A stretch of 63,591 nucleotides of DNA, the filler included. It is 4 parts of 4 records of this genome, joined end to end, with 100 filler letters (N's around TTAATTAATTAA, not from the genome) between each part and the next. Parts side by side here need not be neighbours in the genome. Positions count along the whole stretch, not along the records: positions 24,104 to 50,906 come from SRR31156797_3154; 3 more parts are not named here. One strand, written 5' to 3'. The notes beneath the pieces were generated by a model. It searched no databases, was not told the origin of the DNA, and saw nothing but the letters and a program-made list of their open reading frames with translations. Below, piece by piece: positions 24,004 to 35,984 of the stretch. The position numbers and the translations under genes are program-made. How positions within the stretch are numbered: position 1 is the first letter of the stretch; every line of letters starts with the position of its first letter.

Positions 24004-24103
24004 NNNNNNNNNNNNNNNNNNNNNNNNNNNNNNNNNNNNNNNNNNNNTTAATTAATTAANNNNNNNNNNNNNNNNNNNNNNNNNNNNNNNNNNNNNNNNN
24101 NNN
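24004..24103. other. Artificial contig-joining spacer
   Basis: 44 N + TTAATTAATTAA (stops in all six frames) + 44 N; composition and taxon change across it. Confidence 0.98.
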
Positions 24104-24364
24104 GATCAAATGGGTATGGGCGTCAATGAACCCCGGGCACAGAATACGACCGCCAGCATCCATCACTTTCGTCTCCCGGCCAACGGTATGGTCAGCATCG
24201 GGACCCACATAGGCAATCCATTCGTCCACCATGGCCACACAGCGACCCGGCAGCATCCGCCCCGTGTATACATCCATCAATATGCCATCCTTGATCACCA
24301 AATCCGCGGGATGGTTTCCCAGTGCCACATCTGCCAGTTTGCGCAAATCTCTTTTGTTTTCCAT
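24104..24364 (-). CDS. ade: Adenine deaminase-like amidohydrolase, N-terminal fragment (3' truncated)
   Basis: VALGNHPADLVIKDG...DVYTG...PGFIDAHTH metal-binding motif. Confidence 0.75.
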
Positions 24365-24457
24365 TGGGTTCCAATTCAATAAACGGGGTCATCAACCATA
24401 GATTCGTCACGAAGCCTACCTAATCACGGATCAAGGCTTGACCCCAATTTCTTCTAT

Positions 24458-25663
24458 TTACGATTTAATTCCGCCTTTGTACAGGGTGATGCTGCCCGAA
24501 ACGGCATACCCGGGAACGGCTGCGGGAACGATGATGGACACCCCTTTTTTCAGCGGCAGCAACCGACCGCCATCCAATTCCTCAATCAGACCTTCCCCCG
24601 CCATGCAGATCAGGATCTCCACACTTCTCTCTTTTCCGCCGGTGAACCGTTCTTGGCCTTTCAAAACAATCTCGGAGAGTTGAAATTCATCCGCCGGGGT
24701 TTCGTAAATGTGCTCGAAGTTGTCATCTGCACGCGGTGGCAGCTTTTCAACGGGATTGGAGGTGAAATTGACGATATCCAGCAACTCCGGGATATCCACA
24801 TGTTTAGGGGTCAGTCCACCTCTCAAAACATTGTCCGAACTGGCCATGATCTCCATACCGACACCTGAAAGGTAAGCATGAAGCTCGCCGGCCGGCACAT
24901 AAATGGCTTCACCCGGGGAAAGGTCCACCAGGTTCAAAAAAAGCGGCGACAACACACCGATATCCCCCGGGTATTCACGGTTCAATTCCTGAAGCCAGTA
25001 AAAGGCACGATCTTCACCTGCAATCCCTTGTGCACCTTGAACCGCCTCATTGACCACCCGGGCTTGCCGCGTGACGTCCATTGACACAAGGGACGTAAAA
25101 AAGCGCTTCAACCCGGGAGGGTTTGGCTCTTTTTGTAACGGATCCAGTTCTTTAATCAACGTTCCGCCAAAAACCCGATCCATCAACTTTAAGATATCCT
25201 TCGGCGCCCGAAAGCCCTTCATGGCCGCAAACCGCGTCACGGCACAGAGGCATTCGGGCTTGTGACAGGCATCCTTGTAGTTCCTGTTGGGCGCATCAAG
25301 TGGAATATGGTTCCGGTTTTCCCGTTCATATCCCTCCCGGGCCTGGTTCATATGGGGATGAACCTGAATGGACAAAGGCCGATCAGCGGCCAGGACCTTA
25401 AACAGGAATGGGAGTCTGTTTGAAAACCGTTCGGCCACATCCGCTCCTAAAACGGATACGGGGTCGGCTGCGATAACATCCGCAAGAGATCGCCAATCAC
25501 CGTCCACTTGGACTTTTGATGGCGCCTTGGGATGGACTCCCATCCACAGTTCAGCTGCAGGCGCCTTCCACGGTTTGGGCCAATCTAAAAGGGATTGCAG
25601 GGCAGTTCCGGAGCCCCAGGCATATTTCTGAACCGGATTTTTCAGGATTTGAATGTGTTTCAT
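24458..25663 (-). CDS. manA: Mannose-6-phosphate isomerase class I
   Basis: QKYAWGS, AELWMGVHP, LPFLFKVL, LSIQVHP, HKPE, HAYLSG, SDNVLRGGLTPK; ATG at 25663. Confidence 0.95.
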   Translation of the reverse strand: MKHIQILKNPVQKYAWGSGTALQSLLDWPKPWKAPAAELWMGVHPKAPSKVQVDGDWRSLADVIAADPVSVLGADVAERFSNRLPFLFKVLAADRPLSIQVHPHMNQAREGYERENRNHIPLDAPNRNYKDACHKPECLCAVTRFAAMKGFRAPKDILKLMDRVFGGTLIKELDPLQKEPNPPGLKRFFTSLVSMDVTRQARVVNEAVQGAQGIAGEDRAFYWLQELNREYPGDIGVLSPLFLNLVDLSPGEAIYVPAGELHAYLSGVGMEIMASSDNVLRGGLTPKHVDIPELLDIVNFTSNPVEKLPPRADDNFEHIYETPADEFQLSEIVLKGQERFTGGKERSVEILICMAGEGLIEELDGGRLLPLKKGVSIIVPAAVPGYAVSGSITLYKGGIKS

Positions 25664-25708
25664 CACGGCTTTCTTCCTGATATGCGTTTTGCATCGGGGT
25701 TTTAACAC

Positions 25709-26329
25709 TCATGATGCCTTCAAAAAATCGTTCAAAGTGGATTCGATTTCACCCGTCTCGCCCCAGTAAAAATGATCTGCTCCTTGAATAATATGAAAAT
25801 CCGAATCTTTATTCCACCCGGGCAACATCTTTTGGATCATATGAGGTGGCGCAATATCATCTTTGGAACCGGAGATGATCAGCTGAATTTTCGGCGTATA
25901 CTGGAGAAAGGAAAAATCCATGAAATTCACCGGCGGAGACACCATGATCATCCGGGCCACATCATTGAGATCCCCAATGGCCCGTGCATTGACCCAGGCG
26001 CCAAAGGAATACCCTGCAAGATCAACGGAACTAAGCCCCAGATTTTTAAGGTATGCCACCGCGCAACCGACATCGACCTGTTCGCCGACCCCTTCATCGT
26101 AATGGCCTTCGCTTCTGCCCATGCCCCTGAAGTTAAAACGAAGGGTGGTATAGCCTGCCTTTCCATAGGCCTTCACCAACGATTCCACAACATTGTTGTG
26201 CATGGTTCCGCCATATTGGGGATGCGGATGGGTTACCACCACCCCTGCATCGCCCGCCACCCGATCCAGAAGGCCTTCCAGTTTCAGATTCCCTGATTCA
26301 AAAACCACACTTTTTTCCGTCACCGGCAC
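25709..26329 (-). CDS. Alpha/beta-fold hydrolase
   Basis: HPHPQYGGTMHN, RFNFRG, nucleophile elbow GYSFG, GADHF. Confidence 0.9.
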   Translation of the reverse strand: MPVTEKSVVFESGNLKLEGLLDRVAGDAGVVVTHPHPQYGGTMHNNVVESLVKAYGKAGYTTLRFNFRGMGRSEGHYDEGVGEQVDVGCAVAYLKNLGLSSVDLAGYSFGAWVNARAIGDLNDVARMIMVSPPVNFMDFSFLQYTPKIQLIISGSKDDIAPPHMIQKMLPGWNKDSDFHIIQGADHFYWGETGEIESTLNDFLKAS

Positions 26330-26354
26330 ACCCCCCTTTTCAAGATGAATAATA

Positions 26355-26708
26355 TTATGCCGACACCACCTCTTTCAGCATCATGTATTTCCCCTCATCC
26401 TCCAGGCTGTAGAGTTTATCCAGTACCTGAAGCTGGGGGGCATATTCAAAGGTGGTTTCCCCATCCCGGGCCTGGGAAAGCTTTTCCAGAATCTCGGCCA
26501 CGATGGCCCCCATCAGTTGGAAATCCATGACCACCAGATGGCCCGGAATGGAAATGTCCTTCTCCGCGAAATGTGTGTAAATCCCATCGGTCACGAATGT
26601 ATTTTCACCCTGCACATATTTGATGTCGATACGCTGAGAAGGATCGGCCTGGTTTTCAATGGATGCAACAATGGTTTCCGTCCCCTGCAATGTGGTACCT
26701 GTTGACAT
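26355..26708 (-). CDS. Hypothetical protein (~117 aa)
   Basis: ORF with GGAG SD before ATG 26708, co-oriented within the gene run; no recognisable family. Confidence 0.7.
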   Translation of the reverse strand: MSTGTTLQGTETIVASIENQADPSQRIDIKYVQGENTFVTDGIYTHFAEKDISIPGHLVVMDFQLMGAIVAEILEKLSQARDGETTFEYAPQLQVLDKLYSLEDEGKYMMLKEVVSA

Positions 26709-26791
26709 TCTCTTTTTCTCCCCGGATACAACTTTCAAGATTTTGTTGTGCAAATTCGGCTTATGATTTGTCACAACCCGAACGTTCCCTA

Positions 26792-27301
26792 TCATTCAGT
26801 TTTTAATTCAAAACATTGCTCATTTACCAAAGTGCCCCACTGCTCACCGCGCTGTTGTTTAATCAATCTGAAACCCGCGGTTTCATACAAGTGCCTGGCG
26901 GGGCCGAGCCCCTCGAATGTCCAAAGGAATATCCTTTTGTAGCCCCTTCTGCTGCAAAACGCCATCGCATTATCCATGAGCTTCCGGCCTACCCCTTTAC
27001 CCCTCAATACATCGGATACGATAAACCACCTCAGATGAGCCCCTTCATTTTCAGCATGGATACCGTCTATGACAATGGCGCCTTCTATTCGGCCATTTTT
27101 CTCCGCAAGCCAAATGCCGTCCCCTTTTTCGTCAAACCGTTGAAGAAAGGCCGTTAGCTCAGTGGCAACTTTGGCCTCAAAGTAGAGTCCGAAGCCCCAA
27201 TAACGGTGGTAATAAGTCCCGTGAAGTTCAGAGATCCGACCGATTGATCCGGGGATATATCCGGATTTTATAAAAATTTCCGGTGCAGCATTCATGGTCA
27301 T
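26792..27301 (-). CDS. GNAT family N-acetyltransferase
   Basis: AHLRWFIV, RGKGVGRKL, ARHLYETAGF; SD GAGGGG before ATG 27301. Confidence 0.9.
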   Translation of the reverse strand: MTMNAAPEIFIKSGYIPGSIGRISELHGTYYHRYWGFGLYFEAKVATELTAFLQRFDEKGDGIWLAEKNGRIEGAIVIDGIHAENEGAHLRWFIVSDVLRGKGVGRKLMDNAMAFCSRRGYKRIFLWTFEGLGPARHLYETAGFRLIKQQRGEQWGTLVNEQCFELKTE

Positions 27302-27377
27302 GTGCCCCTCCGTGTCCCATTGGCTATAACTGATCGCAGAACGACAAATGGAAAGAAAAGAATAGATATGAGGATAA

Positions 27378-28343
27378 TTAATCCGCTGCCAGACCCTTGA
27401 CCACAAACGCTGCTTCCTGCATGGTCCGACGGAACAACTCTTTTACCGTGGGAATATCATGAACCAGGCCGATCCCCTGGCCACAGGAAATGATCCCCAG
27501 GTCGATGTCCCCTTCGCGGTACATGCGTTTGGCTTTTTCCCCGGTGGCCACATTCAGAATTTCAGGTAATGATGCCTGCTCCGACTCCAGTTCCGCACAG
27601 CGGAGAGCCGCCGCGTTTTTCCACACCCGGTGAGTGGAACCGATGGAGCGCATCACCAGCATGGTGTCCAGTTCATGGGCATTCAACAAGGCCTGTTTCA
27701 GATTGTCATGAATGGGGGCTTCCTGCGTAACCAGGAGCCGGGTCCCCATAATGACACCTTGAACACCCAGAGCCATTAACGCTGCCAACCCCCTGCCATC
27801 GCTGACACCACCCCCGCCGATGACCGGAACTTGCAGGCTTTCCACGGCCCGGGGAACCAACACCAGGGTCCCCACATCCAGTTTTCCCGTGGCCCCGCCG
27901 TTTTCATAACCCACCACCGTCACCGCATGAGCGCCCATATCCTGCACTTTCAGGGCATAACGGACCCCCACGCATTTGTGAATCCACATAAGACCCGCTT
28001 CTTTAAACCGGGCACAAAGGGCTTCCGGAGCCGAATGCCCGGAAGTTTCCACAACTTTGACACCTTTTTCCAGCAACACATCCAGGTAATCATTGTTGTC
28101 GATGGGGCGCATCATGGGAAACAGGTTCAAATTCACGGCAAAAGGCTCATCCGTCAACTCAAAGAGCTGATCCAGGGCCTCGGCAAAAGCCTCCCGGTCC
28201 TGATAGATGGCTGATGCCAGCACACCAAGTCCACCCGCATTGGAAATGGCAGCGGTAAATTGAGGGTTGGACAGGTGCATCATGGTCCCGCCCACAATGG
28301 GATACTTGATGCCCAGCATCTCCGTTATTTTTGTCTTAAACAT
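27378..28343 (-). CDS. Nitronate monooxygenase / FabK-like flavin oxidoreductase
   Basis: LGIKYPIVGG, SNAGGLG, GYENGG, GGGVSDGRG, MGTR. Confidence 0.9.
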   Translation of the reverse strand: MFKTKITEMLGIKYPIVGGTMMHLSNPQFTAAISNAGGLGVLASAIYQDREAFAEALDQLFELTDEPFAVNLNLFPMMRPIDNNDYLDVLLEKGVKVVETSGHSAPEALCARFKEAGLMWIHKCVGVRYALKVQDMGAHAVTVVGYENGGATGKLDVGTLVLVPRAVESLQVPVIGGGGVSDGRGLAALMALGVQGVIMGTRLLVTQEAPIHDNLKQALLNAHELDTMLVMRSIGSTHRVWKNAAALRCAELESEQASLPEILNVATGEKAKRMYREGDIDLGIISCGQGIGLVHDIPTVKELFRRTMQEAAFVVKGLAAD

Positions 28344-28347
28344 TATA

Positions 28348-29688
<1,341 letters not shown>

Positions 29689-29701
29689 TCATTTTTTAAA
29701 A

Positions 29702-30868
29702 TTATTTTACGGCGCTCTTGAGTGTATTGGCCATATCCGTTTTTTCCCAGGAAAACTCGGGCAACTCACGCCCGAAATGGCCGTAGTTAGAAGTCTTACG
29801 GTAGATGGGACGCAGCAGATCCAGACGTTCAATAATGGCCGCCGGCCTCAGGTCAAACTCCTTCTTGACGATCTCGGTCAATTCCCGGCTGGAGACCACC
29901 CCGGTACTGTAAGCACCCACCATCACGGACACCGGATCGGCGCGTCCGATGGTGTAGGCCACCTGGATTTCGCATTTTTCAGCCAGCCCTGCCGCCACAA
30001 TGTTTTTGGCCACATAACGACACATATAGGAAGCGCTTCGATCCACCTTGGACGGATCTTTGCCGGAAAAGGCCCCGCCGCCGTGGTAGCCGAACCCGCC
30101 ATAGGTATCCATGATGATTTTGCGGCCTGTGAGCCCGCAATCCCCCTGGGGCCCTCCCACCACAAAACGGCCGGTGGTATTGATAAAATACTGGGTGTCG
30201 TCATCCAGCATTTCATTAGGAATCACTTCCATGACCACTTTTTCGATAATCGCCTCCCTGAGGGTATCGTAATCCACGTCCGGGCTGTGCTGGGCCGCAA
30301 TGACCACCGTATGGATCCGTGTGGGCTTTCCCTCCTCATACTCAACGGTCACCTGGCTTTTACCATCGGGTCTGAGCCATGGCAACTGACCGGATTTTCT
30401 CACATGGGCCAGCCGCCGGGTCAGCCCGTGGGCCAGATAGATGGGCATCGGCATCAGAACATCGGTATCCTTGCACGCATACCCGAACATGAGCCCCTGG
30501 TCCCCGGCCCCCTGTTCCTGAAACAGTCCGGAGCCGGTATCGACGCCCATGGCAATATCCGGAGACTGCTTGTCGATGGTGGAGAGCACGGCACAGGTTT
30601 CCCAGTCAAACCCCATGGAAGAGTTTTTGTACCCGATATCCTTAATGGTTTGCCGGACAATATCGGGCATGTCCACATAGGCGGTGCTGGTGATTTCGCC
30701 GGAAATCATGGCCATGCCGGTGGTCACCAGGGTCTCGCAAGCCACCCGGGACTGGAGGTCCTGTTTAAAGATCTCGTCGAGAATATGATCCGATATCTGA
30801 TCGGCTACCTTATCGGGATGACCTTCGGTCACGGACTCCGAAGTAAACAGAAAATTCGCGCTTTTCAT
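29702..30868 (-). CDS. metK: S-adenosylmethionine synthetase
   Basis: [35 protein letters not shown]. Confidence 0.99.
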   Translation of the reverse strand: MKSANFLFTSESVTEGHPDKVADQISDHILDEIFKQDLQSRVACETLVTTGMAMISGEITSTAYVDMPDIVRQTIKDIGYKNSSMGFDWETCAVLSTIDKQSPDIAMGVDTGSGLFQEQGAGDQGLMFGYACKDTDVLMPMPIYLAHGLTRRLAHVRKSGQLPWLRPDGKSQVTVEYEEGKPTRIHTVVIAAQHSPDVDYDTLREAIIEKVVMEVIPNEMLDDDTQYFINTTGRFVVGGPQGDCGLTGRKIIMDTYGGFGYHGGGAFSGKDPSKVDRSASYMCRYVAKNIVAAGLAEKCEIQVAYTIGRADPVSVMVGAYSTGVVSSRELTEIVKKEFDLRPAAIIERLDLLRPIYRKTSNYGHFGRELPEFSWEKTDMANTLKSAVK

Positions 30869-30885
30869 AAAAAACTCCTTATTCT

Positions 30886-30967
30886 TTAGGTTTAAGGTCC
30901 AGGGTTTAAGGTGTAAGGTGTTAGGCTTCCAGAACCTGATACCCCATACCTTACGGCTTATTCCTAG
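30886..30967. repeat. Inverted arrays of degenerate 7-bp tandem repeats
   Basis: ttaggtt taaggtc cagggtt taaggtg taaggtg ttaggct, then aacctga tacccca tacctta cggctta ttcctag. Confidence 0.8.
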
Positions 30968-31813
30968 TTATTTTTTCAACCGGCCGTTATCAATCAACCG
31001 GGTTTTTCCCACCCGAACCGCCAGGGCCATCAAGGTGCCGTCTGCAAGGGTATTCACATCCTCCAGGGTAACCGGATCGCACAGGGTAATATAGTCGATC
31101 TCCGTATAAGGGTGTTCCAGGATATGGGATCGCACAAAATCCTTCACCGTCTGAGCATTTTTCTCCCCTTCGTGAAACAGCCGTTGTGCCAGGTCCAGAG
31201 ATTTTTTGAGTGAAAGAGCGGACTTTCTCTCTTCCGGGTTCAAGTAACTGTTCCGGGAACTCATGGCCAACCCGTCCGCCTCCCTCACCGTTGGCACACC
31301 GATGATCTGGATATCCATGTCAAGATCCATGACCATCCGGCTGATCACGGCCAGTTGCTGATAGTCTTTCTGTCCGAAAACAGCCGCATGGGGTTTTACG
31401 ATATGAAAGAGTTTCGCCACAACGGTGGTCACCCCGTCAAAGTGTCCGGGCCGCGACATACCGCACAAATGGCGGGGCAGATCTTTCACCACCACACTGG
31501 TTTGAGCGCCCCGTGGGTACATCTCCTTTGCTGAAGGCATGAACACCACATCCGCCCCCACATCTTCCGCTTTCTTGAGATCTCCCTGGGTATCTCGGGG
31601 ATAAGCCTCGAAATCTTCATTGGGACCAAACTGGGTGGGATTAACAAAAAGACTCACAACCAGCCGATCGCAATGGTCCTTTGCCGCCCGCATCAGCATA
31701 AGATGTCCCTCGTGAAGGAACCCCATGGTGGGCACCAGGGCAATGGATTCCCCCCTTTGGCGAAGGGCATCGGAAGCCTGCTGCATGTGATCAACGGTTT
31801 TTATGATTTCCAT
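30968..31813 (-). CDS. panC: Pantoate--beta-alanine ligase
   Basis: [46 protein letters not shown]. Confidence 0.98.
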   Translation of the reverse strand: MEIIKTVDHMQQASDALRQRGESIALVPTMGFLHEGHLMLMRAAKDHCDRLVVSLFVNPTQFGPNEDFEAYPRDTQGDLKKAEDVGADVVFMPSAKEMYPRGAQTSVVVKDLPRHLCGMSRPGHFDGVTTVVAKLFHIVKPHAAVFGQKDYQQLAVISRMVMDLDMDIQIIGVPTVREADGLAMSSRNSYLNPEERKSALSLKKSLDLAQRLFHEGEKNAQTVKDFVRSHILEHPYTEIDYITLCDPVTLEDVNTLADGTLMALAVRVGKTRLIDNGRLKK

Positions 31814-31873
31814 GGAAAAAGCCTTCCTCCGGCGGTATTTTCTAATGATTTTGAAGCAAAATTTTATTTTGTA

Positions 31874-32731
31874 TCATCCGGCTATGCGGTTGTCAATTGC
31901 CAGAGAAGATGAAAGCCGCAGAAAATCCGCCATATCGAGCACTTCCGCCCGTCTTCCAGGATCTATGCCACATGCAGTCAAGGCGGTTAAAAGGGATTCA
32001 CGGGTCTGATCCTGAAGTGCGCCTTTCAGGGAATTTAAAACCGTCTTTCTTCGATGGGCAAAGGCCCCCTTTACCACTTTCTTGAAAACCGCCTCATGGA
32101 CCATCCGTTGGGGATAAGGTTTTTCAAAATCAAGAGAGACCACCATGGAATCCACCTTGGGCACGGGGAAAAAAGACCCTTTTAAGACTTTGAGCACCGG
32201 AAGGGCCTTGGCATGATATTGCACCAGAAGGGTCAAGGCCCCATAGGCTTTGCCTCCCGATGATGCCGTCAACCGATCGGCCACTTCCTTTTGAAACATG
32301 AGGACCGCTTGCCCCATCCATTGTGAATGTCGGCACATCTTCTCAAGAACAGGGGATGAGATATTGTAGGGCAGATTCCCGATCACGGGAATTCTACCTT
32401 CAAAATATTTTTTTAAAGTTTGCCAGTCCACCTTCAAGATATCCTCGTGCAGCAAGGTCACATTGGTGAGGCCGTCTTTTTGAAGCCTGTCACTGAGCCA
32501 GTCCACCAGTTGGCCGTCCTTTTCAACGGCCACCACATGTTTCACCTTTCCTGCCAGGGGGAGTGTCAGCGCCCCCTTCCCCGGCCCGATTTCCAAAATG
32601 GTATCGTTCTCCGAAAATCCCGAAAGGGATATGATTTTATCGCTGATGGTCGGGTCCACCAGAAAATTCTGACCCAGCCTTTTCTTGGGTCGAAAAGGCT
32701 CACCCGCTGTTAATGATCCGGCAAACGCCAA
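31874..32731 (-). CDS. rsmA: 16S rRNA m6(2)A dimethyltransferase
   Basis: KKRLGQNFL, EIGPGKGALT, GNLPYNIS, FQKEVA, PVPKVDS. Confidence 0.97.
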   Translation of the reverse strand: MAFAGSLTAGEPFRPKKRLGQNFLVDPTISDKIISLSGFSENDTILEIGPGKGALTLPLAGKVKHVVAVEKDGQLVDWLSDRLQKDGLTNVTLLHEDILKVDWQTLKKYFEGRIPVIGNLPYNISSPVLEKMCRHSQWMGQAVLMFQKEVADRLTASSGGKAYGALTLLVQYHAKALPVLKVLKGSFFPVPKVDSMVVSLDFEKPYPQRMVHEAVFKKVVKGAFAHRRKTVLNSLKGALQDQTRESLLTALTACGIDPGRRAEVLDMADFLRLSSSLAIDNRIAG

Positions 32732-32740
32732 TAGATCCCC

Positions 32741-33226
32741 CTAACCCGTGTCACGCCACCGCCGTATGCGTTTAAAGATATACAGGAAAACAAAATAGGA
32801 AGGTAATGCAACGGCAGCACCCATCATCACGCCCCCCACAAGAAATGCGGCCCCCATCAGGCCGCCGGCTTCAAGGATTTTCTCCACAATGAGCATGGAT
32901 TCCGTACCGGATCGAACCATATCCATAATGGTTGAAAACATGGCGCTGTAACCTTCCATGCCCAGGACCCGGGCACCCAGCTTATAGCTGAAGTAGTACA
33001 AAAAATACCAGTTCAGGGGATTGCTGATCCACGTTCCCAGGGCCGCTGTGATCTTGCTCCCTTTGAAAATGAGTGCCAACGCAACGGAAACGGCCATTTG
33101 AAACGGCATGATGGGCATCATCCCCGTAAAGATCCCGAAGGCCATGCCGAGCGCCAGCTCGTGGGGGTTACCCCGCAATCGAATGAAACGGAGGTAGTAG
33201 TATCGAATCAGCCTGCGTACTTTCAA
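32741..33226 (-). CDS. DUF2062-type membrane protein
   Basis: PHELALGMAFGIF, TWISNPL. Confidence 0.8.
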   Translation of the reverse strand: MKVRRLIRYYYLRFIRLRGNPHELALGMAFGIFTGMMPIMPFQMAVSVALALIFKGSKITAALGTWISNPLNWYFLYYFSYKLGARVLGMEGYSAMFSTIMDMVRSGTESMLIVEKILEAGGLMGAAFLVGGVMMGAAVALPSYFVFLYIFKRIRRWRDTG

Positions 33227-33324
33227 GATGAATCAGACATGGAAGAATAGATAGGGATTGTCGTCTCCATGTTCCCGGAAAAAATAATTTTTTTAGAAAA
33301 ACAATATCTTATGATCATCATCGA

Positions 33325-34353
33325 TTATTGGGACATCAGGTCCTGAATGGGATACTTGGCCCTGACGTCCACCGACATGGGGGTAGCGCCGTTTCTCATG
33401 AACCGATGGTAACCTGTCAGAGCGATCATGGCCCCATTGTCCGTGCAGTAAGCGGGACGGGGATAATATACCCGGATACCTTCCGGAGCGGCGGTTTCCA
33501 CCAGGCTTTTCCTTAAATGATTATTGCACGCCACACCGCCTGCCAGCACCACCGAAGCGACCCCCATGCGTTTCGCGGCGGCCATGACCTTGTCCACAAG
33601 CACATCCACCACGGATTCCTGGAAAGATGCAACAATATCGTTTAAACTGATCTCCGCATTTAACACGGGGTCATCGCACCATTTCTTCAGGAACAAAGAA
33701 ACGGCCGTTTTAAGCCCGCTGAAACTAAAATCCAAGGATGTCTTGGACATATAGGCCCGTGGGAACTTCACACCATCATGGCGGCCCGTCCTGGATGCTT
33801 TTTCGATGGCGACGCCTCCCGGATACCCCATTCCGGAAATCTTGGCCACCTTATCAAATGCTTCACCGGCCGCATCATCCAGGGTCTGGCCTAAAAGGGT
33901 ATAACAACCGAAATCTTCAACATAATAGAGACTCGTATGCCCCCCTGAAACCGTCAGGGCCACAAATGGAAAGGTCGGTTGCTCCGATTCCAGGAAAATG
34001 GAAAGGATATGGGCCTCCAGGTGGTTCACGGCAATCAATGGCCTGTCCAGCACATAGGACAACCCTTTGGCATAGTAGAGTCCCACCAGAAGCGCTCCCA
34101 CCAGTCCGGGGCCCACGGTAACGGCAATGCCGTCCAGGTCCCTCATACCGAGCCCCGCATATTTCAAGGCCTCATCCACCACGGGCACGATATTTCTCAC
34201 ATGCTCCCTGGAAGCCAGCTCGGGGACCACCCCGCCGTGAGGGCTGTGCACGGTCACCTGAGAATGAATCACGTTGGCCAGGGTTTGCGTTCCATGGGCC
34301 ACAATGCCGGCGGATGTATCATCACAGGAGGTATCGATACCTAAAACAATCAT
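33325..34353 (-). CDS. tsaD: tRNA t6A synthesis protein TsaD (contig 2)
   Basis: [42 protein letters not shown]. Confidence 0.97.
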   Translation of the reverse strand: MIVLGIDTSCDDTSAGIVAHGTQTLANVIHSQVTVHSPHGGVVPELASREHVRNIVPVVDEALKYAGLGMRDLDGIAVTVGPGLVGALLVGLYYAKGLSYVLDRPLIAVNHLEAHILSIFLESEQPTFPFVALTVSGGHTSLYYVEDFGCYTLLGQTLDDAAGEAFDKVAKISGMGYPGGVAIEKASRTGRHDGVKFPRAYMSKTSLDFSFSGLKTAVSLFLKKWCDDPVLNAEISLNDIVASFQESVVDVLVDKVMAAAKRMGVASVVLAGGVACNNHLRKSLVETAAPEGIRVYYPRPAYCTDNGAMIALTGYHRFMRNGATPMSVDVRAKYPIQDLMSQ

Positions 34354-34369
34354 TCCGTTCTCTATGCAC

Positions 34370-34735
34370 TCATAATGTGAGATAAGGGCTTATTTTGTGA
34401 TAAAGGGACGCGCTGATCCCCCGGATGGACATCAGATCCTTCAATTCCTTAAATCCACCTTCCCGCTCACGGACACGAACAATGGCTTCAGCTGTTTTCG
34501 GACCGATCCCGGGAACAGCCGTTAACCCAAGAGCAGTGTCCCTATTGACGGATATGGGGATCCCAAGGGTCAAACGGTGAAAAGGCGAGATTTTTCCTGG
34601 GGTCTGAACAAGCGCTTTCCCCGGGGGCCGCAGCTTCAGCGGGGGAAGCGATTCCATGGCGCCACCCAGAAAGTTTATGAGCAGCAGCAAAAAAAGCAGG
34701 AAAAATACCCCGCTAAAGGATCTCCTCTTTTGCAT
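34370..34735 (-). CDS. ComEA-like helix-hairpin-helix DNA-binding protein
   Basis: N-terminal TM segment; ISVN...[13 protein letters not shown]...GGFK..DL..IRGI; ATG 34735 preferred. Confidence 0.85.
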   Translation of the reverse strand: MQKRRSFSGVFFLLFLLLLINFLGGAMESLPPLKLRPPGKALVQTPGKISPFHRLTLGIPISVNRDTALGLTAVPGIGPKTAEAIVRVREREGGFKELKDLMSIRGISASLYHKISPYLTL

Positions 34736-35945
34736 GGTCCAGACCAAAGGTGTCGTGAAGAACACGTACCGCCAATTCAGTATACTTGTCCTCGATGACA
34801 CAGGAAATCTTAATTTCCGAGGTACTGATCATCATGATGTTGATGTTTTTCTCGGCCAGTGCCGAAAACATCTTTTTGGCAATACCCGCATGGACCCGCA
34901 TGCCGACACCGATGATGGAGACCTTGGCGATGTCCTCATCACCCATGACCGTTTCCGCACCCACATCTTTTCCCACATCACTGACGAGCTTCATGGTTTT
35001 GTAAAAATCCGCCTTTGGCACGGTAAAGGTGAGATCCGTGAATCCATCCTGGCTGGTATTCTGAACAATCATGTCCACAATGATACCGGATTTGAAGACC
35101 GGATCAAAGATTCTGGATGCCACCCCCGGTCGATCCGGGACTTTTCGTATGGTGATCCTGGCCTCGTTTTTATTGTAAGCCACACCCGATACCGCGACTT
35201 TTTCCATATCCTTTGTTTCAGCAACCACCATGGTACCCCTTTCCTTGTTAAAAGTGGATCTTACATGAATCGGCACATTAAATTTTTTAGCGAATTCCAC
35301 CGAACGGATTTCAAGGACTTTGGCACCCATGGATGCCATCTCCAGCATTTCATCGTATGAAATGAAATCCATTTTTCTGGCTTTCCGACACACATTGGGA
35401 TCCGTGGTATAAACCCCGTCCACATCCGTCAAAATCTCGCACACATCGGCTTTCATGGCCGCCGCAAGGGCCACCGCCGTGGTGTCGGACCCACCACGAC
35501 CCAGGGTGGTAATATCGCCGCGGACGTTGAGCCCCTGAAAACCCGCCACCGTGACGATCCGTCCCGCATCCAGGTTTCGCGTAATCCGATCAATCTCAAT
35601 ATCCTGAATTCTGGCCTTTCCGTATAAATCGTCCGTGTGGATGGGCGCCTGAAACCCCAGCAGGGAACGGGCATCATACCCAAGGGACTTCACCGCCATG
35701 GCGAATAGCGCCACGCTGACCTGCTCCCCCGTACTCATGAGCACATCCAGTTCCCGCGAATCCGGATCTGGATTGATCTCTTTGGCCATGTTGATCAGCC
35801 CGTCGGTTTGACCGGCCATGGCGGAAAGTACCACCACCATCTGGTTTCCCTGATCGTAGGCTTCAATAACGCGCTCAGCCACCGCCTTAATCTTTTCGAT
35901 GCTGCCCACCGAAGTGCCGCCATATTTCTGTACAATACGTGCCAT
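34713..35945 (-). CDS. lysC: Aspartate kinase (AKII alpha type, two ACT domains)
   Basis: [47 protein letters not shown]. Confidence 0.95.
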   Translation of the reverse strand: MARIVQKYGGTSVGSIEKIKAVAERVIEAYDQGNQMVVVLSAMAGQTDGLINMAKEINPDPDSRELDVLMSTGEQVSVALFAMAVKSLGYDARSLLGFQAPIHTDDLYGKARIQDIEIDRITRNLDAGRIVTVAGFQGLNVRGDITTLGRGGSDTTAVALAAAMKADVCEILTDVDGVYTTDPNVCRKARKMDFISYDEMLEMASMGAKVLEIRSVEFAKKFNVPIHVRSTFNKERGTMVVAETKDMEKVAVSGVAYNKNEARITIRKVPDRPGVASRIFDPVFKSGIIVDMIVQNTSQDGFTDLTFTVPKADFYKTMKLVSDVGKDVGAETVMGDEDIAKVSIIGVGMRVHAGIAKKMFSALAEKNINIMMISTSEIKISCVIEDKYTELAVRVLHDTFGLDHAKEEIL

Positions 35946-35984
35946 ACCCTTTCCTCATCCGTAACCGTGAACGGTTACCCTCAT

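Noticed and set aside
24048..24059. TTAATTAATTAA palindrome occurring three times
   Set aside because: Synthetic six-frame stop linker embedded in N runs; not biological
29777..30889. 370-aa plus-strand ORF antisense to metK, and similar long antisense ORFs over ahcY, lysC, pdxJ, the HD gene, mrdA and mreB
   Set aside because: Shadow ORFs that mirror conserved genes in a GC-richer genome; no recognisable motifs
30886..30967. CRISPR array or SAM-I riboswitch reading of the metK upstream repeats
   Set aside because: Period is 7 bp with no spacers or cas genes, and SAM-I consensus elements are absent
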